A stretch of 63,985 bases of DNA, filler included, from Globobulimina sp. (Eukaryota), in NCBI GenBank assembly GCA_003354225.1. It is 20 parts of 20 records of this genome, joined end to end, with 100 filler letters (N's around TTAATTAATTAA, not from the genome) between each part and the next. Parts side by side here need not be neighbours in the genome. Positions count along the whole stretch, not along the records: positions 9,621 to 12,726 come from PIVH01003712.1; positions 12,827 to 15,932 come from PIVH01003713.1; positions 16,033 to 19,138 come from PIVH01003714.1; positions 19,239 to 22,343 come from PIVH01003715.1; 16 more parts are not named here. The stretch is one strand, 5' to 3'. Below the pieces are notes generated by a model. The model was not told the DNA's origin, did no database searches, and worked only from the letters and a program-made list of their open reading frames with translations. The position numbers were made by a program, and so were the translations under genes. Positions 9,724 to 19,440 of this stretch are shown here, piece by piece; positions within the stretch are counted from its first letter, which is position 1; every line of letters starts with the position of its first letter.

Positions 9724-12700
9724 TCAAATCGTCCGCCTTTCTGACAATAAGTATATATATATTTGCTTAACTTGTTTTTGCTGAGCTTCAATTTGTTTTT
9801 TTTCTTCTTGTTCATGATATAAATGAGCAAATAAAGAGAACCAAGAATCGAATGCCTCCATTTCTGCATAAGTTAGGATTTGGGTGGATTTGCCTGTATT
9901 GTTTACATAATTAATGCTTTGTTTTAATCCGCTTAATAATAACTTACTACTTAATTTCTTGCCATCTAATCTCTGTAATTTTGATTGTTTGCCATTATCA
10001 TTATTCTCGTGGATAAAATCACAGTTTTTCTGTATGATTTGATGAAGATCAGAGTTGATTAAATTTAATGAGCTGTCAATTGATGGAGATATTGGAGATA
10101 ATAATTGTTTAATACCACTGGTTATAATTGATGAGGAAATGTTGCATGAAATAATACAATACGATAAACCATATCGAATTAATTCAATTGCATCAATTAT
10201 TGGAGACACAAAATCATTGAAATGAGAAAATTTGTCATTTAATCTTTTAACAAAATTCAAAGAGGTTTGCAGTGTTGCTTGTAACTGTTGATATATGTAA
10301 TGGCCATCGCTGTTATTATTCTTTATAAATCGTTTGAATAATTCAATTAATTGCGTACAATCAAACTGATTATTAATAAAATTGGTTAATTCATGCCAAA
10401 AATCTGCAAATGTTAATTCCGATGTTGGCCGATAAGTTACTTTCGATAATAAAGTGTTTCTGTCTTTTAACAACGAATTATATTTTTGCTGCAGCTTAGT
10501 AATGGTAAAATTGCTAGCTTTGCCAGAATGAAATAATTCAATTCTTTTTCTCAATTCTATTTCTTCAAACAATTGATTCAATAAAGAGTCGACATCATCT
10601 AAACGTATTTTAAATTTTAAGTTTGGATCAAAAAAGCGGGCCGGAAATAATAAATGCAATCTAATTAAGCCTAATAACAACCAAATATTTGCTTCTTTAA
10701 TTTGTAAATGCAAAACATTTTCATTCTCCTTATTTGCACACAGATCATCAAATAATTGCAAGTATAACTTATATAAATTTATCACGATATTTGTCTCAAC
10801 TATTTGCTTCAAACGGATATCGGTGCATTTTTGCATAATTTGTTCGAACTCCGATGATGTTAACAATTTATGTTTCATTTGCTTACAATGCCAGTTTTGC
10901 CACACATTAAAGCCATTACGTACAACCATTCGATAATCATCCTCATTGAATGCACGGTGAAATGATGCCAATGTCAAACAAAACAATGCCGCTAAATAAG
11001 CGCCAGTGCTCCATATCTTATCATCGTGCTTTGATAATTTATTTGTCAATGAATTTGTGGCTAAATGGTTGGTTAAATGTTGTAAAAAAGCAATCATTGA
11101 ATTACAACAATTGATTGACACATCATTGTCAAACATTTGCTTTAATATATTCATAATCATTATAGAATTAATACCGCTGTTTGCAAATTGTGCAACATCC
11201 ATTCCTGGATACAATTTCCTTAACGATTCGTACCATAATTTTTTCTCATCATACATCAATCCTTGGCATGTGGAAAAAATTAATTTCTCGTCAGCTTCAT
11301 TCATAGCAAGCATAGCTAATTCAGACTGTTTTCCGTCGCTTTCAAACTGCAAACATTGCTTTTTCAATACATTTACAGTCCAAACCATGGATTGTAACGG
11401 CACAAAATGAGATGGCGAGATACTGCGAATAGATAAACCATGATGGATCAATGAGGATATTTGTGAGGGCAACTCTGCAAATTCGCTCATATTATGTTTG
11501 GTTGCGTTGTTATTAAATATATTATGCATCAATGATTGGAGCAAAAATTGCGGCATTTTCAGCATAATATCATTATATTCTCTTTGTAAATAAATGCCAG
11601 TTAATATAGGCGCCAAATGTAGCCAAATATGGTGCTTCTTAGCACTGAAATCAATGGACATTAGGAATTGTTTAGTATGGAGCTGCCGTTCCATTTTAAT
11701 TTCATTCTCGTCATTTCCATATTTCTCATCATTCAGCTCATCTTCGAACTGATCAAAATATATTTTGGATAATTCATCAGAACATAAATCAATCTTTACT
11801 TTATGTTGAATTTTGGCTAATTGTTGTTGAAATTCATCGGAAAAATTAAGAAGTTGCAGTTGCAAAAGTTCGCCGGCTTTATTTATGGTATTAAACATAT
11901 CCAATGCCATTATTTCTGATTTACTCCGCTTTGCTGGTATTATCGCCACAGATTTATTTTCATCGCTTATAACTTGATGCGATAATTGACAAAATAAGGC
12001 AGGATAATTTATTTGAAGAAAATGGACGGTGGACCATGCATTCACTAAATTATATTTCCATTCGTAATTCACCAAATAACACAAATCCTCACCATCCGAA
12101 CGCAATAAAAAGGTCAACATTTCGCTGTTTGACATTGAATTATTATTATTATTCATATCATAGACATTCCAATGAACCTGCGACTCGAACGAAATTTGCT
12201 TGTTTAAAGCTTCAAATTGCTGTAATATTTTACCGATTTTTATATTTCGAGAAATGAATCCTTGTCCTCCATAACGGTACAAACGATTTTTAGCTCTTTG
12301 ATGTTTGTGAGACAGTGTAATTGCAGAGCTCTTTCGTTTGGATAAACGAGACGAAGTCGTGGAGGTTATATTAATCAATGCAATTATCAGTGATTGTTTC
12401 TTTTTAAAGTGTTGGCTATCTGAGTCTGACTCGCAATGTATTGGATATTCATCGTACATTCTTTCAATTCGTTTCAGTAATTCACGAAATCGCATTTGTT
12501 GATAATGCAATTTAAATTGAGATGGAATGTATTTTAATGAATGACAAGATTGTGCACGAATGGATAGAATGTCATTGATTGTTTGATCAATATTGGATAT
12601 TGACTGTGCATTGTTTTTGTGTGCACAAATTATACACATTAACGATGCCAACCATTCATCAAATTGCTTAAATAATGGTATTATTTGTTGCATACATGAC

Positions 12701-12726
12701 ACTAAATTGGAGTTGAATTGGTACCG
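9724..12726 (-). CDS. MDN1: Midasin (Rea1) internal fragment, helical linker region
   Basis: Motifs WLLLGLIRLHLLFP..FDP, EIELRKRIE..SG, YRP...FADFWHEL and FNDFVSPII.A..LIRYGL occur in midasin order. Open at both ends, with a probable GTTAAG donor near 9771. Confidence 0.8.
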   Translation of the reverse strand, partial: RYQFNSNLVSCMQQIIPLFKQFDEWLASLMCIICAHKNNAQSISNIDQTINDILSIRAQSCHSLKYIPSQFKLHYQQMRFRELLKRIERMYDEYPIHCESDSDSQHFKKKQSLIIALINITSTTSSRLSKRKSSAITLSHKHQRAKNRLYRYGGQGFISRNIKIGKILQQFEALNKQISFESQVHWNVYDMNNNNNSMSNSEMLTFLLRSDGEDLCYLVNYEWKYNLVNAWSTVHFLQINYPALFCQLSHQVISDENKSVAIIPAKRSKSEIMALDMFNTINKAGELLQLQLLNFSDEFQQQLAKIQHKVKIDLCSDELSKIYFDQFEDELNDEKYGNDENEIKMERQLHTKQFLMSIDFSAKKHHIWLHLAPILTGIYLQREYNDIMLKMPQFLLQSLMHNIFNNNATKHNMSEFAELPSQISSLIHHGLSIRSISPSHFVPLQSMVWTVNVLKKQCLQFESDGKQSELAMLAMNEADEKLIFSTCQGLMYDEKKLWYESLRKLYPGMDVAQFANSGINSIMIMNILKQMFDNDVSINCCNSMIAFLQHLTNHLATNSLTNKLSKHDDKIWSTGAYLAALFCLTLASFHRAFNEDDYRMVVRNGFNVWQNWHCKQMKHKLLTSSEFEQIMQKCTDIRLKQIVETNIVINLYKLYLQLFDDLCANKENENVLHLQIKEANIWLLLGLIRLHLLFPARFFDPNLKFKIRLDDVDSLLNQLFEEIELRKRIELFHSGKASNFTITKLQQKYNSLLKDRNTLLSKVTYRPTSELTFADFWHELTNFINNQFDCTQLIELFKRFIKNNNSDGHYIYQQLQATLQTSLNFVKRLNDKFSHFNDFVSPIIDAIELIRYGLSYCIISCNISSSIITSGIKQLLSPISPSIDSSLNLINSDLHQIIQKNCDFIHENNDNGKQSKLQRLDGKKLSSKLLLSGLKQSINYVNNTGKSTQILTYAEMEAFDSWFSLFAHLYHEQEEKKQIEAQQKQVKQIYIYLLSERRTI

Positions 12727-12827
12727 NNNNNNNNNNNNNNNNNNNNNNNNNNNNNNNNNNNNNNNNNNNNTTAATTAATTAANNNNNNNNNNNNNNNNNN
12801 NNNNNNNNNNNNNNNNNNNNNNNNNNG

Positions 12828-12928
12828 GGTTAGCTAGAGTGGTTTTGAACCTAGTATTCGAAGTTGACCTAGTATTCGATGACCTAGATCAACTTTGAAT
12901 GCTAGGTTCAAAACCACTCTAGCTAACC
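12828..12928. repeat. 101-bp palindrome (MITE-like foldback)
   Basis: Arms 12828-12872 and 12884-12928 are reverse complements (42/45) around an 11-nt loop. Confidence 0.9.
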
Positions 12929-13222
12929 AAAAACTTTTCTAATCGTTGAAATGAAACGAAACGAAACTAAGCCAAAAAAGTTAATTATAGCTGGGTGGTA
13001 AGACCATATATTGCAATGATCTGGACCGGGGACAGTGTATGGTAAACAACTTAAACCTCACTTCAGTTCGGATTCAACAAAAACTCCATGTTTTGTGGAA
13101 TCCTTTCCGGAGCACATCGACAAGCAGTGCGCAGCTGGAATCTGCTGGATATCAATATCTTACAAGGGCAAATTCGTCAATCAAAGGGATCGTCAATATA
13201 TATGTGTCTATTTATCACCAAT

Positions 13223-14719
13223 CTATGCTTCTTTTTGAATCATTTCTTGTTTAGATTGACCACCATCAGCATTTACTTTTTGTTCCTCCTGAATAACAAT
13301 TTTTTTATTGTCCATTTTAGGATAAAACTGTTGATACCATCTCCTCAGTTTGTTGATTGGCCCATCACCTTTAACCAAACATGGCTTATTTAGCAATATC
13401 TTATTCTCCCATATGGCGATATCATTTGTCCACTGCGCAATCCATTGACCCACAGTATACCACACCAATAAACGGGGCAACTTCTTGGACGCATACCAAT
13501 GAAACCTCACTCTTAAATTCATTTTATCCTCAGGCAAATTCGTATGAAATAGTATAATCTCTGCAGTTGGATCATAACTTTCCAGCACAAATTTGAAAAT
13601 ACAAATTCCTGCCGGACCACAAAAGGTAATGCTGGCATTGCCCACTGTGTTTGGTATCAATTTCCCTTTCCATTCTAACTGCGCTTTGTTTATAAAATAC
13701 AAAAAATATTTACTATTGGGACCATAATTACCTTTATCAATCGCTTCTGAGTCCATGTTATGGCCACCACCGACATGCATTGCTGGACTATGTCGGATAC
13801 TTAGCCATCGATTAATTATTGGAACCTTAAATTGCGTGAAAGGTATCATCATTTTGCCATGAATCGGGGCGAAATGAGCCCAATCACCCGCATTTTCAGC
13901 AAAATCCTGAATATGCATATTAATTAAACCATAATCCATCGAACCAATAAATGAATATTTAGATTTGTCCAACAATTGATGCTGAACAGGTAGATTGTAC
14001 AAAGGAAGCCTTTTATCATTCCCATTGCTATCGAAATAAACGCAGACCATATCATGATACTCTATACATTGATAACATTTTGAATTTGCATTCTTGGGTA
14101 TTTTCGCATTCTGTTTTAGATATGGAATGTCTTTACAAATCCCGTTTTTATCAAACTTCCAGAGATGGAAGGGACAGACTAAAGTGTCGCCGCACACTGC
14201 ACCACCAACCACCATATTTGCGCCTAAATGAGGACAATGCGCATCTAAAACAGCAATCTCTCCACTTTCAAATCCACGGAATATCGCAAAATATTTACCC
14301 AAAGCGTTTTTTTGGATCACTTCTCCTTTTTGCACTTCGTTGCTCCAACATAACGGATACCATCCTGTTTAATTCATTAATTATATATATCAATATTATT
14401 AACAAATAAATGGATATTATTATATGCAGTTTTTACCAGATGCATATGGAGGAAATGTGGATGCACGGAATTGCTCCTCTTGCATCTTAGAACTGAGTGT
14501 CTTTCTCGTTTCATCTTTTTTATTCGTTGCCAATTTAATATAATATAAATTCAACATATCCAATGTTCGGAATAGACACCAAATCACAGCACAAAATGCA
14601 ACCATTGCGCCTAATATTATTAACACTGCCCATAACATCCACGTATACTTGGCCAGCAATACAGACGTAAAAAGAAATAACAGTAAGCAAATTCTAGATA
14701 ATCTGGAACGTGGTAACAT
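13223..14719 (-). CDS. nvd: Rieske sterol C7-desaturase, Neverland/DAF-36 family
   Basis: Intron 14365-14436 restores FPPYASG|WY. N-terminal TM segment, Rieske DAHCPHLG..CPFHLW, non-heme iron ENAGDWAHFAPIH, and C-terminal DIAIWENK..P.LVKGDGPI..LRRWYQQFY. Confidence 0.92.
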
Positions 14720-14791
14720 GTTTATCGAATATAATTAAAATGTGGTGCTACAGGCCGGAAACAGGCAACTTCAATCTAAATTGTTGATGAA

Positions 14792-15932
14792 ATGTTTTGT
14801 AATTATTCAGTAAAAACTATAGCTTTGAGCACTCTTTTAATAATGTCTTCTGTCCACTGTTTTTTACATTCATTTCAACACATAAATCACTCATTTGCTC
14901 CAGTATCAGATACATTTATTCTGCCTCAATCATACTCGGCGATTTACAACATGCACACTGAAAATCAATATGAGCAATCAATACAAATGTTTTTTATTGT
15001 CCCATTAGAGATTGTTGCTGTGTACGTTCTAATTTATAGCATAGTCGTTTTAATATACTGTTGTTATGGCAAACCATTATGCATTGCCTTTAATTTCCAA
15101 ACATTCACTTCAAGCAACAACCGAAACATCCGAATAGATTCCGATTCAAAACATTTATTACCAAATCATTCGCATAATTATAATTATAAAAATAAAAAAA
15201 ATGGAAAAGAATTAAAAATATCATTAACATCATGCGCTAAATGGACACGCATAACATTGGCAATCGGTGCCTTTATATTGATTGCATCCTCTATTTATTG
15301 CGCTATTTTATTGGATCAAACAGCAAATACCATCGGTAATAATATCAATAGCTCATATCAGCCATATCAACAAAACATAATTTACGGCAATCAAATAAAT
15401 AAATCATTGACGGCAGCCATTAATTCAGTACACGACCAAACTATAAACAATGAGTTGATAGCGAGTCGTCTATATTTGAATAAATATTTATTATCAGCCA
15501 CACAAATTCCTCCCTGGGGTTCAACCAAAAGTTACTTGGATTTTAGTCATTCCTTCAGTCAGTTTGTGATCTATTTCGGTATGCTAATCGCAGTGGTTTT
15601 AGCTGTCTGTTTCTTTATGTCCATGTTCAGCAAAACTATGGTTAAATTCATGTCATGTTTAACATTTCTTTGCATATTCATATTATTGACTTTATTTGCA
15701 TTGCAATTTGCGTTTAGCGTCAATATAAGCGATGCGTGCACCAATCCGAACAAAGCCATATTGCAAATCGCAAATAACAAAACCTCGCAATTGCAAACAT
15801 TGAAATATTATCTATATTGCAACAATGACATTGGATATAACCCATTGTATTATAATTTCAATATTTCGTATCATAAGTTATTAAGTCATCCCGTCGCAGA
15901 CAATCAATATTATAATTTATCATTATTTTATA
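14792..15932 (+). CDS. Tweety-like membrane protein; 3'-partial
   Basis: TM, loop, TM, large luminal loop and two TMs, then VNISDACTNP and LKYYLYC, matching the Tweety SDFCxxP...YYxxC pattern. The start may be the ATG at 14843. Confidence 0.7.
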
Positions 15933-16204
15933 NNNNNNNNNNNNNNNNNNNNNNNNNNNNNNNNNNNNNNNNNNNNTTAATTAATTAANNNNNNNNNNNN
16001 NNNNNNNNNNNNNNNNNNNNNNNNNNNNNNNNTTTCTAAGTCAGAAAAATAATCAGAAAAGTAAGAAAATCCTTTTTCAAACCAGAATTTGAAAACGCTG
16101 CAGCCTTGACTGCACAGTGCACCCCACCAATTGTAACTAGTACTGAAACCTGAGAAGATTTTTATTTGGTGTTTTTTTCAGCTTAGAAACACAAATATAC
16201 CAAA

Positions 16205-16642
16205 ATGCCATTGTATTCAATCAAAGTGCACAATAACACAAATAAATCAAATGACCGTTTCCTTGCATATGAATCGCATGATGGATGTTGTAGACAAAAT
16301 GATTCAAGATGGGAATTAATTAAATGTAATCCATACAGAAATGATGCATATTATTACATTAGAAATAAAGGAAACGACCCAAATAATGACGCATGTGATG
16401 ATTGGCTAAGTTTTAATAACAATGGCAAACAAAAATGGGTTGGCATATATCATAATAGAGAGAACAAATCTGTTTGGAAGCTAGTAACTGATGGTAATGA
16501 TGCAGCCATTTGTCGTCTTGCATGTTATCATAATGGAAGCTTTAATGGTTGGATTGGTGTTAGCCATGGCCAACAACGTAATAAATTGGTTGACGATATC
16601 GAGCAAGCTGTAGTTTACGACTTCACCCCACACAATAATTAA
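16205..16642 (+). CDS. 145-aa protein, possible beta-trefoil (ricin B/fascin-like) fold
   Basis: Complete ORF with a threefold pattern (YSIK..FLA..RWELI / YYIRN..WLS..VWKLV / CRLA..WIG..VYDF). Confidence 0.5.
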   Translation: MPLYSIKVHNNTNKSNDRFLAYESHDGCCRQNDSRWELIKCNPYRNDAYYYIRNKGNDPNNDACDDWLSFNNNGKQKWVGIYHNRENKSVWKLVTDGNDAAICRLACYHNGSFNGWIGVSHGQQRNKLVDDIEQAVVYDFTPHNN

Positions 16643-16939
16643 TATTGCAAATTATATTTATTCGTTTTAATTTTTTACATTTACAATTGTGCTTTCATAA
16701 TATTTACTAATTTTACTTAATTTATTTATAGCGATTTGATCGATGTATACAAGGATCAAAAACTTCAATATTATCAATGGTAAGTTATCTGGATTACATA
16801 TCCTTGCACTCTCAACATGTATACAAAGCAAACTGTTTCTGAATATCCGTAAACCGTTGATCTAGTTAGAAAAAAAGAATAATTAATGAAAGTTACAGAA
16901 AGAATAAGTTATTATACAAATAAATTATTTTCCCAATTT

Positions 16940-17743
16940 TCATTGTTGTGTGACTTGAATCTCACCTTTGTATTCAGCCAAATGTTGAATAATATGTTGA
17001 TCGATTTCAATACTTTGTCCATTATCCGTCTTTAAACTAAAATGTCCCTTTAATCCTTTCGCAGCAAATTTCTTACTTAATTTCGATCTCAATGTATCCA
17101 TCGTATATTCATACACATTTTTCTTTGCATTATTTTTTAGTACAACCCGTTTCTTTACATCGCCAAAAACCACAATCGTCGATATCTGTTTTGGTGTCGC
17201 ACGTCCGCCATTACCTCCGCCTGCAACACGTCCACCGCCATGAGCCACTCTCTTTTTATTCACTGGGAATGCAGCAGCCTTTGCCGGTGCGGTATACGCT
17301 GCTTTCGGAGGCGGTGACACGTGGACGTGTACATAAATAATCTCACCTCGAATCACGTATGAATCCGTGGCATAATGTGCTAATTTTGATTTTTCATGCA
17401 ATATTCCATCAGAAGTGGTCAATTGTAATCGCTCATTGTCTTCCAATGTAACCCCGTATGCCGCCAAAAAGGCAGACACAAATGGAGCTAAATTGGTCAA
17501 TGCGACATCGTTATTCTCCAATGCCAACATCCTTGTTTTCCCATTGAATGAAAGTTTAAAAATTTCTTTATTATCTTCTTCCGGAATTTCATAGGTTTGT
17601 TCCCGAGAATATTTACCTTCGCACGAGGCATATTTCTCTTTGTCCGGACTCTCAAATAACGGCTTTATCTTAAACGCCACGGTGATGCCCGGCGTAAAGG
17701 CCTTATTCACATAAACTTCGTATTTCTTGCCATTTGGATGCAC
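16940..17743 (-). CDS. Last exon of a hypothetical protein, possibly with PB1/ubiquitin-like folds
   Basis: 267-codon ORF preceded by an AT-rich intron-like tract ending aaacag. The upstream exon was not resolved. Confidence 0.5.
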   Translation of the reverse strand: MHPNGKKYEVYVNKAFTPGITVAFKIKPLFESPDKEKYASCEGKYSREQTYEIPEEDNKEIFKLSFNGKTRMLALENNDVALTNLAPFVSAFLAAYGVTLEDNERLQLTTSDGILHEKSKLAHYATDSYVIRGEIIYVHVHVSPPPKAAYTAPAKAAAFPVNKKRVAHGGGRVAGGGNGGRATPKQISTIVVFGDVKKRVVLKNNAKKNVYEYTMDTLRSKLSKKFAAKGLKGHFSLKTDNGQSIEIDQHIIQHLAEYKGEIQVTQQ

Positions 17744-19238
17744 TGTTTGTCACAAATTAAATTAAATTAAATTTAAATAGTAAATATATGCGATTTTGCG
17801 AAGGCAAAATACAACACAACTTTTGCAACGATTAAAGGGGAGGGTTTCCTCATGGATCGTAGTCAAATCATCACTCAATTTCTCGTCATCCACATCCTGC
17901 GCACAATGGATGCGAAAATCGCAGCAGCAACCCTTCAATCAGGTAGCTGACATATTAGCAGAAATTGGTAGACAGCACCCTCGTAATTCAAGCCTGATTA
18001 CCACCAATTATAACTCCATCCGATATACCAAAACCAAATCATTCCACTTTCATTGGGGTATCTAGCCCCACCAAATTAATTCCCTCGCCGGGATGTTTAA
18101 GCAATCGGTGAGTATGGAGCCAGACTTAGACCCTGGCTGAATGTTGCTTCACTACTACTTTAAAGTCTTTGAGTTTTCTTAGATTTTCATCAAAAACAAA
18201 AACTTCTCTCTTTCCTCTTTGCCTTGGTCTCGACGACCATGGGTTCTTGACTTAAAGTCTTGAATCCGATCATTCGTCGATTGTCTTGGTAATCGATCGA
18301 TGTTTGATTTCCAATGTCCACAATGATCATCGTGATCATTGATCGAATGATGACGATTATGCAAATTAATTATCAATTCATTTTACAATTCATCAAGAAA
18401 GAAAATGATCTGTTCTCTGTTCAGTATACAACGTGATTTTTCATATACAAAACGTTTTTAGATTTAATTTAATTTGTAACAAATCAATTATTATTATATA
18501 CAAACATAACAAATCAAATAAATATATAAACCCAACACACTTTGCATACAATAAGAGGGAATAAAGTTTTAATTACACTCAATATAATATAGGCAATATA
18601 TAGTGTGGCAATATAACATGACAAGATAATTGCGAAAAAAATAAGCAATATAAGGTCCAAAAAATAGGAAATATAAAGGTCCAAAAAATAGGAAATATAT
18701 TGTATTGCTGATTTTATATTTTTCACACAAAAAAAAACACACTCAAACAAAAAAAAATCATATTTCCCGCACGGTTGCTTTGGTGCTATGCCCACGGTTG
18801 CTTTGGTGTGGCAGTAGCAGTGGCTACACCACCTTCTCTCCCTTTTCTTGTTAGTTCCCTTTGGCTGCTTTGTGTTGCGGTTGGTTTTCAGCGTCAGATT
18901 TTTATTGGGGTAAGGTAGAAGCAAACCGTTTGTGGTGACTGACAAACGCAAAAATTATATAGGTTTGCCTTCGTTTCTCAGAAACAATAATAATCTGACG
19001 TTGAAAACAGGATGCTCTTCTAACTTATAAAAAGATTTACTGACGTAGTCTGACCATTATCTGATCGTTTTCTCAAATCAGAAAAGATTTCTGAAGAAAG
19101 TGTTTTTATGACTATTTTCTAACGTTTTATGATCATTTNNNNNNNNNNNNNNNNNNNNNNNNNNNNNNNNNNNNNNNNNNNNTTAATTAATTAANNNNNN
19201 NNNNNNNNNNNNNNNNNNNNNNNNNNNNNNNNNNNNNN

Positions 19239-19361
19239 GATAATGCTGTTCACATTGACGGAGGACTGCAACTTGTTGACGACGGTCAGGAAGCCGTCCA
19301 AAGTGCTCAAGTGATAGTCGTCGGAAAAGACCATTATTAGGCACTCCATCAGGTATTTCAC
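19239..19361 (-). CDS. VPS35: Internal exon/fragment of retromer subunit VPS35
   Basis: Not in the ORF track. It translates to VKYLMECLIMVFSDDYHLSTLDGFLTVVNKLQSSVNVNSII, matching VPS35 YLMECIIQVFPDEFHLQTL..FL..L..VNVKNII as recalled. Preceded by a tttag acceptor. Confidence 0.85.
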
Positions 19362-19440
19362 CTAAATTGAATAATTATTCTTAGCTTTCTTGCAATTGAA
19401 TGATAAGATGAATACATAAAAAAAATAAACATATCTTTGT

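Noticed and set aside
17796..18376. Upstream exons of the 16940-17743 gene
   Set aside because: All minus-strand frames contain stops, and I could not build a consistent splice model.
18514..18951. 145-aa ORF and nearby short tandem duplications
   Set aside because: Non-ATG start, low-complexity sequence and no motif. It is likely non-coding with local slippage.
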